Sequence record: MN871444.1
Reading direction: 5' to 3' (one strand)
Length of the DNA: 64,000 bases
The notes below the pieces were generated by a model that was given only the letters and a program-made list of their open reading frames with translations, was not told where the DNA came from and made no database searches. A program made the position numbers and the translations under genes. Every line of letters begins with the position of its first letter. Position 1 is the stretch's first letter. Of this stretch, positions 46,752-55,463 are shown in pieces.

Positions 46752-47669
46752 ATGAATGTACAACACGATGTAATCTCTACCTATATCCAGCCTCTGATTA
46801 ATACGTTTTCAGTATTTTCTCTGCGTTCCCGCAAAATAGACGGCGTCGGACAGTTTAGTGTAAAAATGAGTTATGCTGGAGATGGTGATGATTACGCTCA
46901 TCAATTTTTCCCAAGTAAAGTTGTATTGGCTGAAGTTATCGAATCATTGACTTATTTGATTGACAAAACAACTTCTCTGGGTGAAATTGAAGTCCGAAAT
47001 ATTAATACCAGATATTACCTACAAATAAACAGAAAACAAACGGCTAAAGGGGTAAAAGATTTTACGCTCGCACTGACCTCCAATCGTGGAACAACACACC
47101 CCCTGTGTAGTGTCGTTGTAGGTCCGGAACTTGTCGGTTCTCGTTACGATATTGAGCGTTATGCGCATGATGAAATCAAAAAACAGGTAGTCAAACTACG
47201 TTGGTGGTTGGTATCGGCGTTGATTGCCATCACTACTCCAAACAAAATTGGCTTGCCTCCAACCGTTCTCGAACACACTGATTCCCAACGTTACATTTCT
47301 CTCCTGGGGGAGATTGGCCAGCGCGGGAGTATTGTCAATTATGTTCATTTTGACAAAATCACAAAGGTTCTAACGGTAGGTAGTCCTCGCGGTAAGTTCA
47401 CTGCTAAATTCAGTGAGCATCAAACGTGGCTACTAAAAAATGCTATTGCCGATATTTCGACTACGCCCGATAAACAGATTACTCTAGATGTAGAATCTAA
47501 CTTCTACATCCGCCGGATAGATGGAATGGAGGGAACCACCATTAAACGACTCATCATTAATTCCGATGTGTTCGGGGGGAATGGTAAAGTCATTTTCATC
47601 ACGAGAGATATGGCCGAATTATTACGTCATGTCTATGCCGCGTTAGACACCTGTTCTAAACTGATTTAA
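46752..47669 (+). CDS. hypothetical protein
   Basis: AAGG SD, 305 aa. Confidence 0.7.
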   Translation: MNVQHDVISTYIQPLINTFSVFSLRSRKIDGVGQFSVKMSYAGDGDDYAHQFFPSKVVLAEVIESLTYLIDKTTSLGEIEVRNINTRYYLQINRKQTAKGVKDFTLALTSNRGTTHPLCSVVVGPELVGSRYDIERYAHDEIKKQVVKLRWWLVSALIAITTPNKIGLPPTVLEHTDSQRYISLLGEIGQRGSIVNYVHFDKITKVLTVGSPRGKFTAKFSEHQTWLLKNAIADISTTPDKQITLDVESNFYIRRIDGMEGTTIKRLIINSDVFGGNGKVIFITRDMAELLRHVYAALDTCSKLI

Positions 47670-47688
47670 TCATTTTGGGGTTACGCAC

Positions 47689-48054
47689 ATGTCAAACGAT
47701 ATTACCGAACAAGATTGGAGAGCAGTTGATGTAACGACAGACCGCCTTGCTGCAACGGCCTGCCCGGTGGATGATGACCTTTACGATGAAATCGAACATT
47801 TCATCGAATTCATCAAACCAATAGCCCACGCCAGAACCCCATTCCGGTTGGGTTCATTATACCGACAATGGCGGGATTATCGGGGGGAAGATATCATCTA
47901 TTCTCTTTCCCTCAACGAGGTTAAGCGTATCTGGACCGCCGTAGCTGTGGTTTGTGACTCTATGTCCTTACCGGCGTATTGCGGTCAAATACCTCAACAA
48001 TGCATTCTTTATGATAATGCAACTCACCGTATTGTTCGGTATCTTAAAGATTGA
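47689..48054 (+). CDS. hypothetical acidic protein
   Basis: GGGG SD, 121 aa. Confidence 0.65.
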   Translation: MSNDITEQDWRAVDVTTDRLAATACPVDDDLYDEIEHFIEFIKPIAHARTPFRLGSLYRQWRDYRGEDIIYSLSLNEVKRIWTAVAVVCDSMSLPAYCGQIPQQCILYDNATHRIVRYLKD

Positions 48055-48058
48055 TGTG

Positions 48059-48102
48059 ACGGCATAAAGGGAGAGGCTTCGGCCTCTCCCTGTTTATGTT
48101 GC
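48059..48102. terminator. bidirectional hairpin with TATGYYG tails
   Basis: ACGGCATA..GGGAGAGGC-TTCG-GCCTCTCCC..TATGTTGC. Confidence 0.85.
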
Positions 48103-48106
48103 CTTT

Positions 48107-48595
48107 TTATTTTTTGGCCTTTTTCTTCTCTTCCGCCAGTTTTCTTTCAAGCTTATCTTGTTCATTTTCAGCTTGATTGATGCCTTCTGCGTTTGCCAAT
48201 TCACATTCTTGCAGTATCCACTCGATCATGTGCCTGGGCAGGGCCATGAACTCAGCGAACCCCAACCCAAACAAATCCCATACTCGATTAGCCCTATACT
48301 CACGCATCCTCAATTGCCATCCAGTATGCACCCCCAAGGCCTCCCCAGGATGTACTAGTTGACTGGCAAATGGAGGTATCTTACCAGACCTATCATCAAA
48401 TAACCCATAAGTTGTATCGTAGGCTTCCATCATGGTAACCTGTAATGCAATCGAGTTATTGATGGTTGGTTTGATTTTCTCAAGCGCAAGTAAATCATTG
48501 TGAACCCCCCTAGGCGGTAAACCAAACCTGGGGTGGGTGACATGTCCGGCTACAGCAGAATTTTCTGGAGTCGATTGGATACTAGGGTAAAAAAA
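48107..48595 (-). CDS. -1 frame extension (GT/E'-like part) of the putative tail/baseplate assembly chaperone
   Basis: frame open from 48607 to 48107 with no ATG/GTG/TTG until 48433; contains FGLGFAEFMALP. Confidence 0.7.
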   Translation of the reverse strand, partial: FFYPSIQSTPENSAVAGHVTHPRFGLPPRGVHNDLLALEKIKPTINNSIALQVTMMEAYDTTYGLFDDRSGKIPPFASQLVHPGEALGVHTGWQLRMREYRANRVWDLFGLGFAEFMALPRHMIEWILQECELANAEGINQAENEQDKLERKLAEEKKKAKK

Positions 48596-50217
48596 GTGCT
48601 CACCACATCAAGCGGCAGGATGATCTGTTCTTTTGCATCTGGTCGCAATTGTGTTTCACCGCAACGTTCACAGGCATAGTTAACAATACCAATTACTGTG
48701 GTGGTGGCGTCTTCCACAAACTGATTTACACTACCGACGATGAGGTCTACAATATCGCGGTCCGCTGAGAAGGTGCGAGACAGCTCTTCCAGCGTGGATA
48801 CCGAATCAATAACGGACTCTGACATCTCTCCCGCATCGATAACAATCCGACCAAAATACATGCTGTAGTTTCGCAGAGTTTCGACGGTGGCCAGCTGTTG
48901 GATGTATACGTCGCGGTCAGTACCATGCAATACGGAACCGAAGGTTGCATCTGTCTGTTCCACGATACCGTCAACCCAACGCAGGCCGGAGTCTTCATAT
49001 TCGGCATAAGTGGGGACGGTCAGTTCCATAGTCATCTGGTTACCTAAATCGATGGTAGCCGACTCAGGAACACTAAAGCGGGACTGCATGGCCTTAACTT
49101 CGTCCAGCTTCATGCTTGCGCCTTGACGGTTTTTACTCATGAACCGACGTTGTTCTTCAGTAAACCGTTTACGGTCGACAAACAGGAGTTTGTTTAAATC
49201 GACAATACCCCGGTTGACGTGATTACATTTGCTCAAATCAGCAGTACATGGCTGCGACAGCGGGTAGCCGTTGGGGTAAATACAGGACGCAAATCCCAGA
49301 ATCATGGACGGGATATCCGTGATCAGCAGATGGTCTTTAATAGCCTGGCGTTTACCTTCTTCACTGGCGTATTCCAGAGAAGTATCATCTACATGGTCAA
49401 GGATAAGATCCATGACGTACTTGATGATATAAATGCGGTCGTTATCAAATACCGCCCCTTTGGTCTGACGCCCTAACTTAACTTTTTCAGTTTGGATACG
49501 ACGATCCAGTTCAAGGAGGGCGGCTTCTTGCGGCGGAATGAAGGTTACCCAGAACATCGAATTGTACATCGGCCACTGCGCATGACCGCCCAGAGACATT
49601 CTGGCTTGAACGCGGCGGATAGCTGCCTGCCCGGACAATTTAGGGGCATTGCTTTCCTGAATTTTGGGTCGACCTACGCGAACTCGGTCAGCGCCATGAG
49701 TTAAATATTGCGCCCAATCGCGGCCAGACTGCCAAGCGGCGTAGGTCACGTCTTCTTCGTCTGCAGGTGACATGAAGTTAGCCGCACTCGCTGCTGCTAA
49801 GACCCATTCCGCGCTGGATTCTGGGTCCGGCAAACCGCCTTTACTTTTTACGTTAGCAGTAACGTGCGCAATTTGTCGGTAGGTTGCAAACAGCAGGTTG
49901 ATAGAATCTGCCGAGGTGATGGCTTTTTTCTGTTTTTCACCTACGTCCTTAAACAGTGGCAGTTCTACGGTTGCGTTTGGTGGGAACTCTCGCAGGTCGG
50001 GACCCGGATCATAAACGCCATCATCCGTTTCGTCATCGCCTGCCTCTGGACTCGCATCTGGAATAGCAGCCCCCTCTTCCACCGAGCTTTCATCCTGGGG
50101 TTCCTGTGGAGTCGCTGACTGTTCAGTGAGACCGGCGTTATCAAACTCGTCCCACGCAGATTTGCCTGGGGTGGGTTCGTGCATAGGAACGTCATTACCG
50201 ATGTTGTTATCGCTCAT
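48550..50217 (-). CDS. putative tail/baseplate assembly chaperone (T4 gp26/gp51-like, G part)
   Basis: acidic N-terminus; C..C motifs (CTADLSKC, CERC); ends ...LDVVSTFFTL on ACT TTT TTT. Confidence 0.7.
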   Translation of the reverse strand: MSDNNIGNDVPMHEPTPGKSAWDEFDNAGLTEQSATPQEPQDESSVEEGAAIPDASPEAGDDETDDGVYDPGPDLREFPPNATVELPLFKDVGEKQKKAITSADSINLLFATYRQIAHVTANVKSKGGLPDPESSAEWVLAAASAANFMSPADEEDVTYAAWQSGRDWAQYLTHGADRVRVGRPKIQESNAPKLSGQAAIRRVQARMSLGGHAQWPMYNSMFWVTFIPPQEAALLELDRRIQTEKVKLGRQTKGAVFDNDRIYIIKYVMDLILDHVDDTSLEYASEEGKRQAIKDHLLITDIPSMILGFASCIYPNGYPLSQPCTADLSKCNHVNRGIVDLNKLLFVDRKRFTEEQRRFMSKNRQGASMKLDEVKAMQSRFSVPESATIDLGNQMTMELTVPTYAEYEDSGLRWVDGIVEQTDATFGSVLHGTDRDVYIQQLATVETLRNYSMYFGRIVIDAGEMSESVIDSVSTLEELSRTFSADRDIVDLIVGSVNQFVEDATTTVIGIVNYACERCGETQLRPDAKEQIILPLDVVSTFFTLVSNRLQKILL

Positions 50218-50713
50218 TGTTTTCTCCGGATTGCTCTCTGGTGTTTCCCATCAGATTAGAAAGTTCTAGATAGGTGGGGATGACGTCAGTGGTCCAATCA
50301 CTTTGCCAGGCGTAAAATGCTTCGCCCATCGGGATGGTATTAAACTCAATACCATCCATTTGGCGGGTGATGCTGACAACTGCTTCTTTATTACCTGCTT
50401 TACGGTGGGTTTTCAACTCAACCTTTAGCGAGTCCCATTCCGTTTGCAGCGCAGTGTATTGCCGGCATAGTTCTTCTACCCGGTCCGCCATATTACGCGA
50501 TTTTACGTTGAGATCTTTACTAAGGCGTAGAATTTCGGCATGGTTGGGGGAACCGACCCCGAACATTGGAAGCTTTAGTACTGAACCAATTTCACATACC
50601 GCGGCAATCTGATTAAGGCACGCGCGATATAGTGCATCTAATTCTACCCAGGTTTGTCCCGGAGCTTGTCTCGCATCAGCCCGCGATTTGCGGGGGGCTT
50701 TTGAAGTTGGCAT
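50207..50713 (-). CDS. hypothetical coiled-coil protein
   Basis: 168 aa, overlaps the downstream start; AAGGGA SD. Confidence 0.75.
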   Translation of the reverse strand: MPTSKAPRKSRADARQAPGQTWVELDALYRACLNQIAAVCEIGSVLKLPMFGVGSPNHAEILRLSKDLNVKSRNMADRVEELCRQYTALQTEWDSLKVELKTHRKAGNKEAVVSITRQMDGIEFNTIPMGEAFYAWQSDWTTDVIPTYLELSNLMGNTREQSGENNER

Positions 50714-50800
50714 ATTCGATTCCCTTTTAGGTTAAGTAAAATTTACACCAAACCGTATGTATCCTGTGTTAATAATTACTGACCCTCACAAGGAATAACC

Positions 50801-51664
50801 ATGTTTGATGATTTAGAGCATTATCTGGTTACCATCTGTAGCCAACAAAGGGTGGACACCATTATCCGGTTGCTTGAAGCATTAGGAGGCATGGTTGGTG
50901 TCGAGCATGTGTTGCCTATGAGTCAATTCTCAATTGGGTTACCTGATGGGATTGATACCGCGGAGTCCATTTCAAGACTCGACGACTCTCTCGTAGATAT
51001 TAGTCAGGCATGTTTTTCTGAACTTGGTATTGTATTAAATGAAGATAATATCGACTCTACCTCGTTCATTGCCATCGAAAAGATGGTGCATGCCCTGACC
51101 CACGCACCGTCCTGGGAAGACCCGGAAAGACTATTGGGTTTTTTGACTGCATCGGATGATCGGGAAATGGGGCTGGCTGAGGTCATTGGAGAAATCAACA
51201 GTGACGATGCTGGGCAATATGCATTATTACTAGAAAGCGTATCACTTCCTTTCTATAATAATCTCATAGAAGCCATTGAGGTCTCATTGGAAGCCATGGT
51301 GGCCAAAGACCCGGATAATTTAAAAGCACCTCCCGACCGGATGCGTGCGTTCTTTAGTCCACTGCCCGATGAACAATTTGTTAAACGTAGTATTCTGGAT
51401 GGTAGTTTTGCGTTTAATTTATCACTGGAAGTTTACGAGGGGCTTTACGCTAACGTGCTCTACGGCTTAGAACCTACGGCCGTGCCAGATGCATTATTAA
51501 GTCTCGCGGTATGTAGCGATCTTAAAGATACGCAACTCTTCCCAGAAGTTATCGCCGCTTTGGACAAATACATTGAAACCCCCGAAATCGGTATCGCCAT
51601 GAAACACCGAGTTGGTGAATTAAAAGCACGTTACCCGGAGTGGAATAACAATGAAAAAGCATGA
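50801..51664 (+). CDS. conserved acidic hypothetical protein
   Basis: AAGGA SD; overlaps the vRNAP subunit. Confidence 0.75.
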   Translation: MFDDLEHYLVTICSQQRVDTIIRLLEALGGMVGVEHVLPMSQFSIGLPDGIDTAESISRLDDSLVDISQACFSELGIVLNEDNIDSTSFIAIEKMVHALTHAPSWEDPERLLGFLTASDDREMGLAEVIGEINSDDAGQYALLLESVSLPFYNNLIEAIEVSLEAMVAKDPDNLKAPPDRMRAFFSPLPDEQFVKRSILDGSFAFNLSLEVYEGLYANVLYGLEPTAVPDALLSLAVCSDLKDTQLFPEVIAALDKYIETPEIGIAMKHRVGELKARYPEWNNNEKA

Positions 51665-52961
51665 TTATTTCTTCAACGCCTGTAATGCCGGTGCGTATCG
51701 CTATCGCGAATGGGTCTTGGATTGTTTTTCTGCGGGTGGCGTCATTACTACAGAAAACGAAGCCAATGAAAGCGATACGCAATATCCGTATCAGTTACGT
51801 TTGCAGGAAAACGGCAAAGTTGAATTTATTGATGAGCATGGTGAAAGGGGTACGTTGGACGACGCAGTGCAAGGTGAAGCTCTGTTTGAATTTAAAACGG
51901 TGTTTACCTTAGAGCCCAACGTAATGCCCAACCAAACCACAGAGGTAGAAACAACCTATGGTGAATGCTACATCAACTATTTGATTTTGGTTTATCCATT
52001 TGGCACTAGAGTGCCATTTACCCCAGGTAAAGTAAAACCAACCAAAGTCATCACTTCTCTGCTACCAAAAATTAACGACGACCCGGAAGGTGAAATTCCC
52101 GATGACGGTAAACTGTACGTCAGCCATCTAACCACGTACATCGAAGCCGTAATGTCTACCCTGGGCATAGTACCATTAGCGGTCCCTTCCGCAACGCCGT
52201 ACACCATCACGACCGACCCCAAAATCAGAGAACGTCGTGACGAGCTGTTGACTCAGTATGCTGACCGCCTACATGACCCGGCGGTGATTGCGAACATCGA
52301 TAAAGAATTAACCCAGATGGACCGGGAATGGATTGCCAAAGATCCAGATGGTGGTTTTTATTATAAAGACAAATCGTTCGATGTTACCCGTAAAAAGATG
52401 CATCTGTTTCATGGGGCTGAATCCGGGTTTAGCGCTGATGGGTCCATTACGGTTATTCGTAACTCACTGGCAGAAGGGTGGGATATGGATAAATTACCCG
52501 CCATGGCTAACTCCATGCGTGAAGGTAGCTTCTCCCGTGGCGCTGAAACCGCATTGGGTGGAGAGGCGGTAAAATTCTTCCAGCGCGTATTGCAAAACGC
52601 GGCCATCACGATTACTGATTGCGGAACCTCATTGGGTTTACCTACCCATATCACCAAAGATAATGTCATGGATTACGTTGGTCTATACATGAAGATTGGC
52701 GATGAGTGGAAGTCATTTGACGAGGAGGGGGTGACTCAGTTTATCGGAAAAGAAATGATCGTCAGGTCCCCGTTGTTCTGTAAAGCAACAGAAACTGATT
52801 TCTGTAAACACTGCATGGGAGATAAACTTTCATTATCCCCTAACTCACTGGCTTCAAGTGCGTCCCAAGTAGGTTCGGTATTCCTTAATACCTTTATGAA
52901 ACGCATGCACGGTACCGCACTTAAACTCGCCCATTACGACTATACAAAGTCACTAACATAA
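51651..52961 (+). CDS. vRNAP beta' middle subunit (phiKZ gp80-like)
   Basis: SL.EGW, NS.REGSFSRG.ETA.GG, DCGT, RSP..C....FC..CMG, F...F.K.MHG. Confidence 0.88.
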   Translation: MKKHDYFFNACNAGAYRYREWVLDCFSAGGVITTENEANESDTQYPYQLRLQENGKVEFIDEHGERGTLDDAVQGEALFEFKTVFTLEPNVMPNQTTEVETTYGECYINYLILVYPFGTRVPFTPGKVKPTKVITSLLPKINDDPEGEIPDDGKLYVSHLTTYIEAVMSTLGIVPLAVPSATPYTITTDPKIRERRDELLTQYADRLHDPAVIANIDKELTQMDREWIAKDPDGGFYYKDKSFDVTRKKMHLFHGAESGFSADGSITVIRNSLAEGWDMDKLPAMANSMREGSFSRGAETALGGEAVKFFQRVLQNAAITITDCGTSLGLPTHITKDNVMDYVGLYMKIGDEWKSFDEEGVTQFIGKEMIVRSPLFCKATETDFCKHCMGDKLSLSPNSLASSASQVGSVFLNTFMKRMHGTALKLAHYDYTKSLT

Positions 52962-52974
52962 ATAAGGTTGAATC

Positions 52975-53580
52975 ATGTCTGAAGATGTAAAACTCACCGT
53001 TACGGATGACCTCTCAACAGCTGCAGGCCAAGACGTTGTCCAGGAAGAAACTACAATCATTAGTCCGGCCAGCGTAGCCCCGGCTTCGACCATGGTTAAA
53101 GTAATGACTGCCGAGCCGGCAGCTGTTCAACAGGTCGGCTCCATCATTCGTCTCACTGCAGAAATGGCGCGTTACGAAGAAAGCATGAACATTCGCCGCA
53201 GCATTGACCCAGTCGAGGGCGGTAAAAGCCAAGTCAAATTCATGCGGGCCATTCAAAATCTGGTATACACTCCAGATGCTTCTGACTTTGTGGTGGGTAT
53301 GGATTACCTGATGAAGAAGATGACAGAAGATGCCGACGGTTTATTTAACGACCGTACTGCTTTTCGCTTCTGGGACCAAATGAAGTTGGCCCGACTTGAA
53401 CGCCAGGAAATAGAAAATCTTTGGCGCCTTCTGGTGTCTTTAGCTCAAGCTAAAGACCGCAAACATATTCTTCAAAAACACATCGATCTGGATAAAGCCC
53501 TCGGGTATATCAAAGATTCCAAAGTTAGTGAACGCCTCCGTGCGTACGTTACCAAAATTAGTAAAGTTAATTTTGGGTAG
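52975..53580 (+). CDS. conserved hypothetical protein
   Basis: 201 aa, helical, AAGG SD. Confidence 0.75.
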   Translation: MSEDVKLTVTDDLSTAAGQDVVQEETTIISPASVAPASTMVKVMTAEPAAVQQVGSIIRLTAEMARYEESMNIRRSIDPVEGGKSQVKFMRAIQNLVYTPDASDFVVGMDYLMKKMTEDADGLFNDRTAFRFWDQMKLARLERQEIENLWRLLVSLAQAKDRKHILQKHIDLDKALGYIKDSKVSERLRAYVTKISKVNFG

Positions 53581-53621
53581 TCAGCATAAAAGGGAGGGCG
53601 AAAGCCCTCCCAATATGTTGT
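53581..53621. terminator. bidirectional hairpin with TATGYYG tails
   Basis: TCAGCATA..GGGAGGGC-GAAA-GCCCTCCC-AA-TATGTTGT. Confidence 0.85.
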
Positions 53622-55357
53622 TAGTTTTTGTGGTCTTCTTTAAAGGATTCTAATAAGTGGTCGAGCGTAGGCAGGCCAAAAAGAGTGCAGCATAACTCCA
53701 CTGCATTAACTTGAGCCGACATTAGGTTAATACCGGCGCGGCGCTGTTCTATTTCTTCCAACCCTTCGATTCCACACAACTCCCGTTCAGTGGTGTCCTT
53801 GGAAATATTCCCCAACAACACCCCATTAGGGTAGCTAGACCTTACGTCCAAATCCGCGATATGCGCACGTAAATACGATAATAGCTCGGGTAAATCTTTA
53901 AATACGGGTATGCCATTATCTACCATCATGTAGGTAGGTAGCATAACAATCCACCCGGTCAGGTCCAGCGTGTCATCATCCAACTCCGTTTTTACTGATG
54001 AAGAACTGGTTCCTATGACCTTACCGTGTCCGAGATAGAAGAAGTGAAGATCATTTACCAACATCACAGGCTGCCGGTTGTACTGGGAGTACTCGGAAAT
54101 ACCCACTAAGGTTGGTAACATCTGACTGATGTCTTTAATGGTCTCATCTAATATTTCGGTAACCACGTCATCGAATAACGCGTACGCACAATAAATATCG
54201 CGATAATGCGTCTGCATGGTTTCGTGCCATTTGGCACTACCATCTTCTATGTCTTCCAATAAAGGAAGCTTGACATACAGCTTACCTATCTTTGAACCTA
54301 CCTCACGTTTAACGACATCATCCAAACCATATGAGAAATCCTGACCGCCCGCAAGACGAACTCGACGGTAGGTACACATACCACAGATGATGGTAAATGA
54401 AGCAGTACAGTAAAGCATGTGCCATTGGTCTGCTGGTTTAACTGTTACCTCTCGACCAGAAGCCGCTTTCTTACGTTTAGTCCCTTGTTCGTATTTACAT
54501 TTTCTGAAATTCTTAGGTACCCTAGGGTCACACAGAACATCTTTCGGGTCTACACCAAAGTCTTCCAGTACCCGCATAATAATGGGAACGTCGAAGTCCT
54601 GGTTCCAGATTTCAATGATGTCTGGTTGCCATTGGTGAGCACGTTCAAATAGGGCCTGAATAATTTCAACAGGACCATTGACCATACGCACCTCAATATT
54701 TTCTAATGGGATGCGTTCTTTAATTTTTGGTCCTATCTCTGAATCGTCATATAGGTGCTTTTTAATCGCTGCTCGAATTTCTTCTTCGGCGTTTGGTGAT
54801 GCTCCATACCACCCACGGTCTACTGCCAGAATTGCCTTATCCTGGAACGACAACTGCCCAGTAATCGGGTACTGGTCTTCAGTAAACATGTTGGTTTCTA
54901 AGTCGAGTACCGCAACGGTATTGTTGCTGCGCGCTTTTGGCCACTGTTGCTGATAGTTGTGTTTCAGAATGCAGGTGGTATTGATATCTGCGCCGTATAA
55001 AAAGGGGGATTGCGCTAACTTGCGCAGACCGCCACTGGGGTCACCATACCCCAATGCCTGAACAATGCTTCTAGGCATGTTAATTTGGGTGGTAGAAAAC
55101 TCATTACATTTTTTACGTTCTTCAAATTCTTTTTTGTCTGAGTAATTCTGATATTCTTTTTTGGTAACCCAAAATTTACGTTTATAATCACCCCAAAAAC
55201 TTAAACGATCTTCGGTATGACCATCTTCAAAAAACAACCGTTCTTTAATGGTCAGTAAATCGTGCGGAGTCCCATCTAAAGCTTCGCTATAAACGACATG
55301 TTTACATTCGTAACCAATTACCCCAGGAACATCAAATCTTGGACGTGGTGGTGCCAT
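53621..55357 (-). CDS. family-B DNA polymerase N-terminal/3'-5' exonuclease subunit incl. motif A (phiKZ gp82-like)
   Basis: ExoI VLDLET, ExoII WNQDFD, ExoIII YALFD, motif A DLDVRSSYPN. Confidence 0.88.
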   Translation of the reverse strand: MAPPRPRFDVPGVIGYECKHVVYSEALDGTPHDLLTIKERLFFEDGHTEDRLSFWGDYKRKFWVTKKEYQNYSDKKEFEERKKCNEFSTTQINMPRSIVQALGYGDPSGGLRKLAQSPFLYGADINTTCILKHNYQQQWPKARSNNTVAVLDLETNMFTEDQYPITGQLSFQDKAILAVDRGWYGASPNAEEEIRAAIKKHLYDDSEIGPKIKERIPLENIEVRMVNGPVEIIQALFERAHQWQPDIIEIWNQDFDVPIIMRVLEDFGVDPKDVLCDPRVPKNFRKCKYEQGTKRKKAASGREVTVKPADQWHMLYCTASFTIICGMCTYRRVRLAGGQDFSYGLDDVVKREVGSKIGKLYVKLPLLEDIEDGSAKWHETMQTHYRDIYCAYALFDDVVTEILDETIKDISQMLPTLVGISEYSQYNRQPVMLVNDLHFFYLGHGKVIGTSSSSVKTELDDDTLDLTGWIVMLPTYMMVDNGIPVFKDLPELLSYLRAHIADLDVRSSYPNGVLLGNISKDTTERELCGIEGLEEIEQRRAGINLMSAQVNAVELCCTLFGLPTLDHLLESFKEDHKN

Positions 55358-55463
55358 GTCAATTACTCCAATTCGTTTTAGTTTTGTGCCTAATTACATC
55401 ATCGACATCGCTCGTGATAAATTACTCCGTTGAATTATGTGTCGGCAGCCTGAGGAAACCACC

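Noticed and set aside
48429-48543. Short 0-frame ORF MSPTPGLVYRLGG... or a homopolymer error in the C6 run (48505-48510) as the explanation of the gap
   Set aside because: The -1 frame is already open across the C6 run back to the U7 site, so no indel is needed; the short ORF has no SD or coding character.
17440-55445. Individual late-promoter calls at TATG (e.g. 17440, about 50756, about 55435)
   Set aside because: A 4-nt core occurs too often by chance to call without TSS data.
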